NCBI GenBank assembly: GCA_044222475.1
Contig: JBGANF010000055.1
Coordinates: 1 to 45,583 of the forward strand
DNA length: 45,583 bases
Origin: Polyangiaceae bacterium
GTDB lineage: Bacteria > Myxococcota_A > Polyangia > Polyangiales > Polyangiaceae
Direction: 5' to 3'
Part shown: positions 1 through 8,525 of the stretch, piece by piece
How positions within the stretch are numbered: position 1 is the stretch's first letter
How the letters are laid out: the number at the start of each line of letters is the position of its first letter
Made by a program: the position numbers and the translations under genes
Notes under the pieces: generated by a model
The model's input: the letters and a program-made list of their open reading frames with translations, nothing else
The model's database searches: none
Told to the model about the DNA's origin: nothing

Positions 1-1
1 A

Positions 2-337
2 GCGCGTCGCAACTCACACCTGATGCGAAGCACCCTGCCCGTCTCGTCCCAACCTGGTACGTCGGAACCCTAGCAGTCCCCAAGACCCGCCCGGTGGGCT
101 CGGCGCCAGTGGGGGGCCCCACTGCGTGGGGCTCTCCGGGTCGGGGCCGCGAACGCGGTCCCGAGCCCGCTAGGGGTGAGGCGCGTAGCGCCGAGGGGGA
201 TGCAATCCCCCTTACTAGAGTGAAATAGGCCAGCGTCTCGCAACTCGCTCCAGATGCGAAGCACCCTCCGAAGTCTTGTCCCCACTTCCGCGCGATGCAC
301 CGCCGGCATCTCGCAACTCGCTCCAGATGCGAAGCAC
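2..337. repeat. Three-copy 29-32 bp direct repeat (core TCTCGCAACTCGCTCCAGATGCGAAGCAC)
   Basis: Identical 29-mers at 236-264 and 309-337 (73 bp period). A degenerate copy lies at 2-33 (GCGCGTCGCAACTCACACCTGATGCGAAGCAC). Each copy has an internal TCGCA...TGCGA inverted repeat. Confidence 0.9.
70..218. repeat. CTAG-bounded multi-hairpin palindromic element (REP/MITE-like)
   Basis: CTAG at 70-73, 170-173 and 215-218. Stems: GGGCTCGG/CCGAGCCC, GCCCCAC-tgc-GTGGGGC, CCGCG-aa-CGCGG, GGCGC-gta-GCGCC and AGGGGGA-tgcaa-TCCCCCT. No credible ORF. Confidence 0.6.
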
Positions 338-365
338 TTGCACGTCGCCTGAACGTGCGTACAGT
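338..365 (+). promoter_or_regulatory. Sigma-70-type promoter overlapped by a putative LexA (SOS) box
   Basis: TTGCAC (338-343), 16 bp spacer, TACAGT (360-365), 6 nt before GTG 372. The reverse complement of 348-364 (CTGTACGCACGTTCAGG) matches the Myxococcus xanthus LexA consensus CTRHAMRYBYGTTCAGS (as recalled) at 16/17 positions. Confidence 0.7.
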
Positions 366-371
366 ATAGAG

Positions 372-1406
372 GTGGCTCGCTCCCTCCCCCTCTCGAACCC
401 GACGAACCCGTTCGCGGCGACGGAGATCGTCTACGTCGACGAGGAGTCGCCGCCGGTCCACCTCGAGATCCACTTCGACTCGTCGAAGAGCATCCTCAGC
501 ACGAACGACAGCCCCGATCTCGACTTCACCTACAGCGTGAACCCGTACCGCGGGTGCGCGCACGCGTGCTCGTACTGCTACGCGCGGCCCACGCACGAGT
601 ACCTGAGCTTCGGCGCCGGCACCGACTTCGATCGCAAGATCGTGGTCAAGCGCGACGCGCCCGACCTGCTTCGCGCGGCGCTGCGCTCGCCCAAGTGGGA
701 CCCGAGCGAGGTGCTCGTCTTCAGCGGCGTCACCGATCCGTACCAACCGCTCGAGCGCACGTACGGGCTCACGCGCGCCTGCCTCGAGGTCTGCGCCGAC
801 TTCGCCCAGCCCACGTCGATCATCACGAAGGGCGTCACGATCGAGCGCGACGTCGACGTGCTCGCCGATCTCGTGCGGCGAGCGGCCGTCGCGGTCACGA
901 TCAGCATCCCCTTCGCGGACGAGGAGCACGCGCGCGCGCTCGAGCCCTTCGTCACGACGCCGACGCGCCGCTTCCGCACGATCGAGACGCTCGCCAAGGC
1001 CGGCATCCCCGTCGGAGTCAACGTCGCGCCGATCATCCCCGGCCTCAGCGACCAGCAGATGGTGACGATCCTCGAGCGCGCGAAGGACGCGGGGGCGAAG
1101 TGGGCGGGCTGCACGCTGCTCCGCTTGCCCGGGTCCACCAAGGCCGTCTTCGAGTCGCGCCTCCGCGAAGCGCTGCCCCTCCGGGCAGAGAAGGTGATCG
1201 CCCGCCTGCGCGAGGCGCACGGGGGGAAGATGTACGATTCGACCTTCGGCCGGCGCGGCCGAGGCGACGGCCCCTACGCCGACATGATCGGCGCGCTCTT
1301 CAGCGCCGCGGCCGAGAGGCTGGGGCTCAGCGGCGGCCAGCCGTCGCTGCGCGCCCCCGCAGGGGCCCGGCCGCGCGGGAAGAAGGCGCAGCTCAGCCTC
1401 TTCTGA
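372..1406 (+). CDS. PA0069/Rv2578c-family radical SAM protein (SplB-like, putative DNA repair)
   Basis: NPYRGCAHACSYCYAR (CxxxCxxC), SGVTDPYQP, ITKG and a C-terminal QLSLF. Start moved from the ORF-track 276 to the in-frame GTG at 372 because 276-371 is repeat and promoter sequence. Confidence 0.9.
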   Translation: MARSLPLSNPTNPFAATEIVYVDEESPPVHLEIHFDSSKSILSTNDSPDLDFTYSVNPYRGCAHACSYCYARPTHEYLSFGAGTDFDRKIVVKRDAPDLLRAALRSPKWDPSEVLVFSGVTDPYQPLERTYGLTRACLEVCADFAQPTSIITKGVTIERDVDVLADLVRRAAVAVTISIPFADEEHARALEPFVTTPTRRFRTIETLAKAGIPVGVNVAPIIPGLSDQQMVTILERAKDAGAKWAGCTLLRLPGSTKAVFESRLREALPLRAEKVIARLREAHGGKMYDSTFGRRGRGDGPYADMIGALFSAAAERLGLSGGQPSLRAPAGARPRGKKAQLSLF

Positions 1407-1919
1407 TCAGGTGGCCCAAGCGCCGTCCACGGGTCCCTCGACCACGACCGGCGTGGAGAACCCGCTCAAGGTGAGTCGAAACCGCGCGACCTCCATCGCC
1501 GGGCGATCGAGCGCGACGCGAACGCGGAGCCGAGTCGTCCCCGAGCCGAGCGTGCCCGTGAACGGCGTCCCGGCGGGGTTGAGGTAGAAGGCCCAGGATC
1601 CGGCCGAGTGCGGCGCCGGAGCAGGGCCGCTCGGCAGCACGACCACCGCGACGACCCGCTTCGTGGATGCGGCCACGCCACCCTTCGGGTCGAGCAGCGT
1701 GAGATCGGTCACGGACACGGGCGACGTGGACGCGCCGGTCGACGTGACGTCGACGACGGCGGTGGCGAAGGCGGTGTCGTAGCCGGCGGGGAGCGGATCG
1801 GGGACGATGCCGACCCCGCCGAAGGCGCAGAAGAGCGGGGTCACTGGCGCGGTTGGCGGTGCCGGGCGGCTGCACGCCGCGGCGACGAGGGCGAGCCCCA
1901 CGAGCGACGCACGCTTCAT
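1407..1919 (-). CDS. Hypothetical lipoprotein
   Basis: MKRASLVGLALVAAAC signal peptide with lipobox; host-like GC3 bias. Confidence 0.7.
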   Translation of the reverse strand: MKRASLVGLALVAAACSRPAPPTAPVTPLFCAFGGVGIVPDPLPAGYDTAFATAVVDVTSTGASTSPVSVTDLTLLDPKGGVAASTKRVVAVVVLPSGPAPAPHSAGSWAFYLNPAGTPFTGTLGSGTTRLRVRVALDRPAMEVARFRLTLSGFSTPVVVEGPVDGAWAT

Positions 1920-2005
1920 GGACCGATGTACGGCCGGGACCTCTCCGAGATCCTCAAGAAACCGCAGCTCCGCACATTTCCACGGGGTAGACTCCGCCGC
2001 GCTCG

Positions 2006-3976
2006 ATGCTCCGCCCGCTCCTGCTCGCGCTCGCGTCCGTCGTCGTCGCTCAGGGCGCGACGACCGGCGCCGCGGCACCGCCTGCCCCCACCGACGGCCC
2101 GGACTTCACCGCCGACGACGCCGCGCTCCCCGCGCACGCCGAAGACGTGGTCGACTACACGCTCACCGCGACGCTCGATCCCACCGCTCACACCGTCCAC
2201 GGCGAAGGCACGATCGTGTTCAAGAACACGAGCACGCGCGCCGTGAAGGAGCTCTGGCTCCACCTCTACTTGAACGCGTTCAAGAACGAGCGGAGCGTGT
2301 TCCTCCGCGAGCCGGTAGGGCGGTTCCGCGGCGGCGGCGGCGTGAGCGACTGGGGCTTCATCGACGTGAAATCGCTCGCGCTCCACACCGACGCCGGCCC
2401 GGTCGATCTCTGGAAGAGCGCCGAGCTCCACCGCCCCGGCGACGACGACGAGACCGACGCGCGAGTTCCCCTCCCCTCCGACCTGAACCCCGGCGAACAG
2501 ATCACGCTCGACGTCGCATGGGACGACAAGCTCCCGGCGGTCGTCGAGCGCACCGGCTACGACGGCTCGTTCCACATGGTGGCGCAGTGGTTCCCCAAGA
2601 TCGCGCGCCTCGAACCCGACGGCACGTGGGCCCACTTCCCGTTCCACCACCTCGCCGAGTTCTACGCCGATTTCGGCTCGTACGACGTCACGATGAAAGT
2701 ACCAAAAGGGTACACGATCGCAGCGAGCGGCCCCGTCACCGAGGAACGCGACGAGGGCGCCTTCCACGTCGAGCGCCACCTCCAGGGTGACATCCACGAC
2801 TTCGCGTGGTCCGCGTACGACCGCTTCGAGGTGATGGAAGAGGGCATCGACGGCGTCGACGTGAAAGTCTTCTACCCGAAGGGCTATCACTACGTCGCCG
2901 ACCGCGAGATGCAGACGATGCGCTTCGCCCTGCCGCACTACGGCAAGCGCTACGGGAAGTACCCTTATGGGACGCTGAACCTGGTGCACCCGCCCGACTC
3001 GGCCGGCGAGGCCGGGGGGATGGAGTACCCGACGCTGATCACGACCGGCGGATCGTGGACCGGTCCGCCCGGGATCATGGGGATCGAGCTCGTGACGATC
3101 CACGAGTTCGGCCACCAGTACTTCTACGGTCTCCTCGCCTCGGACGAGGTGACGTGGCCGTTCCTCGACGAGGGCATGAACAGCTACGCCGAGGCCGAGG
3201 GGATGGACACCTGGAAGGGCGGCGGGTCGCTCGTCGACCTGTTCGGCCTCCGCATCACCGACAGCACGTTCCAGGGAGCGAGCGCCAAGCGCGCGCAGGA
3301 CGCCAAGGTCGCGCAACCCGCCTTCGCGTTCACCGGCGCCGACTACGGCGCCCTCGTGTACGGCCGCACGGCGGCGATCTTCGGCACCGTCGACCGCGTC
3401 TGGGGGAAGGACCGCGGCGCGCTCGCCATCGGCCGTTACGCGCGCCGCGTGCGCTTCCGGCACCCGCGCCCGGACGATCTGTTGGGCGCGTACGAGGAGG
3501 TGTTCGGTCCGGACGTGCGGGCGATGCTCCACGCCGCGCTGTTCGACAAAGGCTGGGTCGACTTCGCGGTGGACGGAATCCAATCCCGGTCGGTGGTCGC
3601 GCCCGCCGGCATCTTCGACCACGACGGGAAGCCGCGCGAGACCGTGGGCGCGGGCACCGGGAAGACCGGCGAGTACGACGGCTGGGCGCTGCTCCGACGC
3701 CACGGGACGCTGGTCCTCCCGGTCGACGTCGACCTCCATTTCGACGACGGCTCGGTCGAGCGCCGCGTCTGGGACGGCGCACAAGAGATGACGCGGATGG
3801 AGTTCCACGGCCCGCACGACCTCGTCGGTGCCGTCGTCGACCCCGACCACAAGATCCTGATCGACGCGAACGTGAGCAACGACTTCCAGCGCGGCCACGG
3901 CAAAGGGTCCACGGCGCGAAGCCTCGAGCGCGGCATCTACTTCGGCGAGCTCCTGTCCTCGGTGGTGGGGCCATGA
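2006..3976 (+). CDS. M1-family zinc aminopeptidase, secreted
   Basis: Signal peptide, GGMEYP exopeptidase motif, HEFGH-x18-E (FLDEG) zinc motif. Confidence 0.93.
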   Translation: MLRPLLLALASVVVAQGATTGAAAPPAPTDGPDFTADDAALPAHAEDVVDYTLTATLDPTAHTVHGEGTIVFKNTSTRAVKELWLHLYLNAFKNERSVFLREPVGRFRGGGGVSDWGFIDVKSLALHTDAGPVDLWKSAELHRPGDDDETDARVPLPSDLNPGEQITLDVAWDDKLPAVVERTGYDGSFHMVAQWFPKIARLEPDGTWAHFPFHHLAEFYADFGSYDVTMKVPKGYTIAASGPVTEERDEGAFHVERHLQGDIHDFAWSAYDRFEVMEEGIDGVDVKVFYPKGYHYVADREMQTMRFALPHYGKRYGKYPYGTLNLVHPPDSAGEAGGMEYPTLITTGGSWTGPPGIMGIELVTIHEFGHQYFYGLLASDEVTWPFLDEGMNSYAEAEGMDTWKGGGSLVDLFGLRITDSTFQGASAKRAQDAKVAQPAFAFTGADYGALVYGRTAAIFGTVDRVWGKDRGALAIGRYARRVRFRHPRPDDLLGAYEEVFGPDVRAMLHAALFDKGWVDFAVDGIQSRSVVAPAGIFDHDGKPRETVGAGTGKTGEYDGWALLRRHGTLVLPVDVDLHFDDGSVERRVWDGAQEMTRMEFHGPHDLVGAVVDPDHKILIDANVSNDFQRGHGKGSTARSLERGIYFGELLSSVVGP

Positions 3977-4917
3977 TCGAGCGCGCTCCGATCTCCCGGG
4001 CGTCGGCGATCGAGAAGCCGGAGTCTCTGCGCGAGAGCTCGCGCTTGCTCCTGCTCTCGACCGAGAGCATGCGCGCCCGCCGCCGGCCCTTCGCGGTCCT
4101 GGGCTTCGGGGCGTTCCACGTCCTCGCCGGCGTCGCGCTGGGGTGGCCGGTCGCCCGAACGGTGGGTTCGGTCTACGAGGCGCACCCGAACGGCGACGCC
4201 CCGCTCTTCGAGGACGGCGGCTTCGCGCTCGTCCGCACGATCCTCGAGCACGACAGCGCGATCCGGTCGCTCACCACGTTCGCGATCGTCGTCGTCGCGG
4301 CGGCCTCGTTGCTCGGTCTCGCGCCGGTCATCGCGATGTTCGCGTCGCTCGCTCACTCCACGCCGGACGTGAAGACGCCTCGCGCGCGGCACCTCGCGCC
4401 GTTCGTGGCGAGCACCTACGGCTCGGTCGCCGCCCTCTGGCTCGTGGCGTCGTTCGCGAAGGTGATCGCGCTCGTCCTCACGTTCGGCGTGTTCGGTGCG
4501 CTCTCGCAGAAGCTCGACGACTCCATGGGCGACCCCACCGCCGACCGCATCGCGTTCGGCGTCGCGCTGGTGGTGAGCCTCCTCGTTCCGACGATCGAGG
4601 TCCTGCAGGATCTCTCTCGCGCTGCGCTCATCCGCTACAACGCCGGCCTTCGCACCGCGGTTCGGCTCGCGCTCCGCACGTTCCGGCGCATCGGGCTCCG
4701 CGTGTTCTTCTCGTACGCGTGGCGAGCGCTGGCCGGCGTCCTCCCCATCGTGCTCGTCGGCATGTTCGCCAGCCGGTTCGGTGGTCGGACGGGCGGCGGG
4801 GCGCTGCTCGCGCTCTTCCTCCTGCACCAAGCGGTCATCTTCGCTCGCGCCGCGCTCAGGGCTTCCTGGTTCGCCCGAGCGCTCCGCGCGGTCGACTCCG
4901 TGACGTCCGACACCTGA
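3973..4917 (+). CDS. Multi-pass membrane protein of unknown function
   Basis: ATGA overlap with the M1 peptidase stop; about 6 hydrophobic segments. Alternative start ATG 4069. Confidence 0.75.
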   Translation: MIERAPISRASAIEKPESLRESSRLLLLSTESMRARRRPFAVLGFGAFHVLAGVALGWPVARTVGSVYEAHPNGDAPLFEDGGFALVRTILEHDSAIRSLTTFAIVVVAAASLLGLAPVIAMFASLAHSTPDVKTPRARHLAPFVASTYGSVAALWLVASFAKVIALVLTFGVFGALSQKLDDSMGDPTADRIAFGVALVVSLLVPTIEVLQDLSRAALIRYNAGLRTAVRLALRTFRRIGLRVFFSYAWRALAGVLPIVLVGMFASRFGGRTGGGALLALFLLHQAVIFARAALRASWFARALRAVDSVTSDT

Positions 4918-5035
4918 AAAATTACAGTGACGCCATTATTTTGACTTCTCGCGTCGCTTTTCGGGTTCCCAGCCGGCCGGTTTGCCGGTACTCCGGATAA
5001 CCGCCGCGTATTTCGGTACGCGCTGAGGAGAAGTT

Positions 5036-6004
5036 TTGCAGAAGCGCCTCATTGCCGCCGCATTCGCCACACTCGCGCTCGTCACGGCGGGCGCCGCAAC
5101 CCTCGGTGGTTGCGCGAAGGAGAGCACCCTGGGCGGAGCGGAGGCGACGCCGCTCGCGTTCGTCGGCCCGTCGCTGCGCGGCCGTACAGCGGGTCCGCGC
5201 ACGAACGAGCAGGGCGCGCGCCGCGCGCCGGAGCTGCTCCCCCAGCCGGGGGGGACCACGCACGGCGGCCTCACGTCCCTCCTCCAGTTGCCGGGTGACT
5301 CGCTGGACGAGAACGATCGGCCGCTCCCCAACAACGGGCTCTGTCCGCCGGACATGGCATCGATCGACGACCGCTACTGCATCGACCGCTACGAGGCGGC
5401 TCTCTACGAGATCCTCCCGAACGGCGACGAGCGGCCCTTCTCGCCCTTCCTCTCGATCGACGGGCAGAAGCCGTCGCCGATCGTGCGCGCGGTGAGCCAG
5501 GCCCACGTGGTTCCGCAGGCGTACATCTCGGAGCTCCAGGCGAAGACCGCCTGCGCCCGCTCGGGCAAGCGCCTCTGCAAGCCGGTCGAGTGGAAGACCG
5601 CCTGCAAAGGCCCGGACCACACGACCTACGGCTACGGTGCGCAGAACGAAGCGCGGCGCTGCAACGACCACGGCCGCGCGCCGATGGCGGCGGTGTTCGG
5701 GCTCGGCGGAAACAGCGACCCCAAGAAGTGGGGTCCGCGCATGAACGATCCGCAGCTCAACCAGGTCGAGGGCACCGTCGCCAAGACCGGTGATCACGGC
5801 GGCTGCACGAACGGCTACGGCGTGTTCGACATGGTCGGCAACGTCCACGAGTGGGTCGACGACCCCGAGGGCACGTTCCTCGGTGGCTACTACCTCGACG
5901 TGCACCAGAACGGCGACGGCTGCGACTACCGCACCGGCGCGCACGACGTCTGGTACCACGACTACTCGACCGGCTTCCGTTGCTGCGCCGACGTCGCGCC
6001 CTGA
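5036..6004 (+). CDS. FGE-sulfatase (SUMF1/EgtB/PvdO-like) domain lipoprotein
   Basis: GAGGAG RBS before TTG; LGGC lipobox; CIDRYE, GKRLC..EW, YGVFDMVGNVHEW and TGFRCC motifs. Confidence 0.85.
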   Translation: MQKRLIAAAFATLALVTAGAATLGGCAKESTLGGAEATPLAFVGPSLRGRTAGPRTNEQGARRAPELLPQPGGTTHGGLTSLLQLPGDSLDENDRPLPNNGLCPPDMASIDDRYCIDRYEAALYEILPNGDERPFSPFLSIDGQKPSPIVRAVSQAHVVPQAYISELQAKTACARSGKRLCKPVEWKTACKGPDHTTYGYGAQNEARRCNDHGRAPMAAVFGLGGNSDPKKWGPRMNDPQLNQVEGTVAKTGDHGGCTNGYGVFDMVGNVHEWVDDPEGTFLGGYYLDVHQNGDGCDYRTGAHDVWYHDYSTGFRCCADVAP

Positions 6005-7035
6005 CCGTTGCGCTGCTGACATCGGCGAGCGCCGCTCTCGCTTTCGCCTGTCGATCCGCGGACGTACCGGCGCCACCGCGAGACGCTGGTGGCCCCACCG
6101 CCGCAGACGGCAGCCGGCTAACAATCTCCGAAGCAGGGCCACCCGACGAGGGCGCCCCTTGGGTGCCTCGGTACGTCACGCGCATCGAGCGACGCGACCA
6201 GTGCGTCGTCCCGCCGATTCCGGCCGAGGACGCCGGCGTCGGCGTCACGGCGGACGTGCCCTATGGCTCGGCCGACGAGCGACAGGCGTACGACGTCGCG
6301 TGGACGCCGAACGCGAAGCTCCTCGTCGTCATCCTCCACGGCGGCGGCTGGACCGCTGGAACCCGGAAGCTCTACCTGCCGGCCGTGCGGCAGCTCGCAG
6401 GGGTCGGGTACGCCGCCGCCACCGTCGGCTACCGGTTCGCGCGCGAAAGCGAGCACCGCTTTCCCGTCGGCCTCTCGGACGCCCGCTGCGGCGTCCGAGC
6501 GCTCATGAAGACCGCTCGAGCTCGCGGCATCACGAAGACCGTCCTCCTCGGCGCCTCGGCCGGCGGTCACCTCGCCGCGATGATCGCGCTCGCCGGAGAC
6601 GCACCTGCGTTCGACGGCGAGTGCGCCGAAACGGGCCCGATCCACGTGGACGCCGCGATCGCGTACTACCCCCCCGTCGACCTCGAGCACGCTCGGGAGG
6701 ACTACCCGCCGAAGATGGTCCAAGCCGTCGACGAGCTGCTCCGCGAGGACGGCGGCGACGGCCCCTGGCTCGCCGCCGCCCGGGCCGCCACCCCCCTCAC
6801 CTACGTCACCAAGGACGACCCGCCGATGCTGCTCCTCCACGGCACCGCCGACGCCATCGTCCCGATCGAAGACTCGCGGAAGCTGGTGCGCGCGCTGCAA
6901 GGCGCGGGTATACCGTCGCTCCTCGTGGAGATGCCGGGCGAGCCGCACGGCTACCTCCTCTTTGGACGGAAGCCGACACTCCTGCCGGCGACCTGCACCG
7001 TTCTCCACTTTCTGGAGACTGTCTCGGCGAATTGA
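5980..7035 (+). CDS. HSL-like alpha/beta hydrolase (esterase), probable lipoprotein
   Basis: LHGGGW oxyanion motif, GASAGG nucleophile, HGTAD..VP Asp and EPHG His. TTG 5980 gives an LLRRRR...AFAC signal; start uncertain. Confidence 0.85.
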   Translation: MLRRRRALTVALLTSASAALAFACRSADVPAPPRDAGGPTAADGSRLTISEAGPPDEGAPWVPRYVTRIERRDQCVVPPIPAEDAGVGVTADVPYGSADERQAYDVAWTPNAKLLVVILHGGGWTAGTRKLYLPAVRQLAGVGYAAATVGYRFARESEHRFPVGLSDARCGVRALMKTARARGITKTVLLGASAGGHLAAMIALAGDAPAFDGECAETGPIHVDAAIAYYPPVDLEHAREDYPPKMVQAVDELLREDGGDGPWLAAARAATPLTYVTKDDPPMLLLHGTADAIVPIEDSRKLVRALQGAGIPSLLVEMPGEPHGYLLFGRKPTLLPATCTVLHFLETVSAN

Positions 7036-7046
7036 TAGAGGACAGT

Positions 7047-8525
7047 ATGCGCCGCAGCTCCGCCATCGCCGCTCTCGGTCTCCTCGGCCTCGCCGCCGTC
7101 CCGCTCGGCGTCGCCTGCGGAAACACCCGCACCGACGCGACGAGCCCGCGCTTGAACGCCGCCACCGTCGCGGCGACCGGTCTCGGGACGCCCGAGAGCC
7201 TCACCCCCGCCGCGAGCGTCGCCGCGACCGAGCCGGCTCCGCCGCCGAAGCCGGTCTGCACCGCCATCGACCCCGAGAAGTACGCGCTGCCGCCCCTCGA
7301 TACCAAGTTGGTATCCGCTCCCGTCGGCTCGATCGTCGACGAAGCGCACGACATGGACCCGTTCTATGCGCGCATCGCGCGCCTCGTGCGCGGGAACGCC
7401 AAGGACCACGTCCGCATCGCCGTCTACGGCGACTCGAACATGACGATGGACTTCATCACCGGCGCGATGCGGCGGATGCTCCAGACCAAGTTCGGCGACG
7501 GCGGTCACGGCTTCGTCGCGCTCGCGCGGCCGTGGGCCTGGTACCACCACTTCGACGTGAAGATGGACCTCTCGGACGATCGCTGGCGCAAGATCGCCAC
7601 GTCGACGAACCAGGTCTCGGACGGCCACTACGGGTTCGCCAACATCGCCGGCGAGAGCTCCACCGCCGGCGCGTGGGCCTGGGCGGCGAACGCCGACGCG
7701 AGCCAGCCCATCGGCAAGAGCTTCTCCAAGGTCGATGTATTCTACATGAAAGGCCCGATGCGCGGGACCTTCGCGATCAAGGTCGACGGCACCAAGGCGA
7801 AGGACGTCAGCACGTCCTCGCCCGAGCCGAAGGCCGCGTTCGAGCACTTCGATCTCGCCGACGGCCCCCACAAGATCGAGTGCGTCGTCACCGGCGGAGC
7901 GCCGGTGCGCCTCTTTGGCGCCGCGCTCGAGCGCGACACGCCGAGCATCCTGGTCGATTCGCTCGGAACCGGCGCGCTCAACTACGAGCAGATGACCCAC
8001 GTCAGCCCGGCGTCACGCGACCCGATGCTGCAACGCCGCAAGTACGACCTCGTCGTGTTCCTCCTCGGCACGAACCTGTTCGCTCCCGCGTACCACGAGC
8101 CGTGGATGAAGAAGGTCATCGGCGGGATCGAGGCCGCGGTCCCGAACACCCCGATCCTCGTCCTGAGCCCGCCGGACATCGAGCTCCACTCGACCGACAC
8201 CCACTCCGACCCGCGCATCGTGAAGCTCTCGGCGCAGCTCGGCGACATCTCCAAGCGCAACGGCTGGGCGTTCTGGGATTTCCGCGCCGCGATGGGCGGC
8301 GACATGTCGATGATCCGCTTCGCCAAGAACGGGCTCGCCAACTGGGACCTCGTCCACCTCACCAAGGACGGCGGCGCGGCCATGGGCCAACGCTTAGCGC
8401 ACGCGATCTTCGCCGGCTTCGACGGATGGGTGAAGGCGCACCCCGAAGCCGGATGCGACGACGATCGGACGCCCGTCTGGGCCGAGAGCCACGACGCGAC
8501 GACGAGCGACGCGGGCTCGCCCTGA
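7047..8525 (+). CDS. SGNH/GDSL-family hydrolase or O-acetyltransferase lipoprotein (PatB/Ape-like)
   Basis: GAGGA RBS; GVAC lipobox; YGDSN block I, FGDGGHGF, LGTN block III, DLVH block V. Confidence 0.85.
   Translation: MRRSSAIAALGLLGLAAVPLGVACGNTRTDATSPRLNAATVAATGLGTPESLTPAASVAATEPAPPPKPVCTAIDPEKYALPPLDTKLVSAPVGSIVDEAHDMDPFYARIARLVRGNAKDHVRIAVYGDSNMTMDFITGAMRRMLQTKFGDGGHGFVALARPWAWYHHFDVKMDLSDDRWRKIATSTNQVSDGHYGFANIAGESSTAGAWAWAANADASQPIGKSFSKVDVFYMKGPMRGTFAIKVDGTKAKDVSTSSPEPKAAFEHFDLADGPHKIECVVTGGAPVRLFGAALERDTPSILVDSLGTGALNYEQMTHVSPASRDPMLQRRKYDLVVFLLGTNLFAPAYHEPWMKKVIGGIEAAVPNTPILVLSPPDIELHSTDTHSDPRIVKLSAQLGDISKRNGWAFWDFRAAMGGDMSMIRFAKNGLANWDLVHLTKDGGAAMGQRLAHAIFAGFDGWVKAHPEAGCDDDRTPVWAESHDATTSDAGSP

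Noticed and set aside
2..337. Canonical CRISPR array call
   Set aside because: Only three copies, irregular spacing, similar intervening sequences and no cas genes. Kept as an unexplained repeat.
1403..1410. TGATCA palindromes at convergent gene ends (also 13689-13694)
   Set aside because: Simply abutting TGA stop codons in a compact genome.
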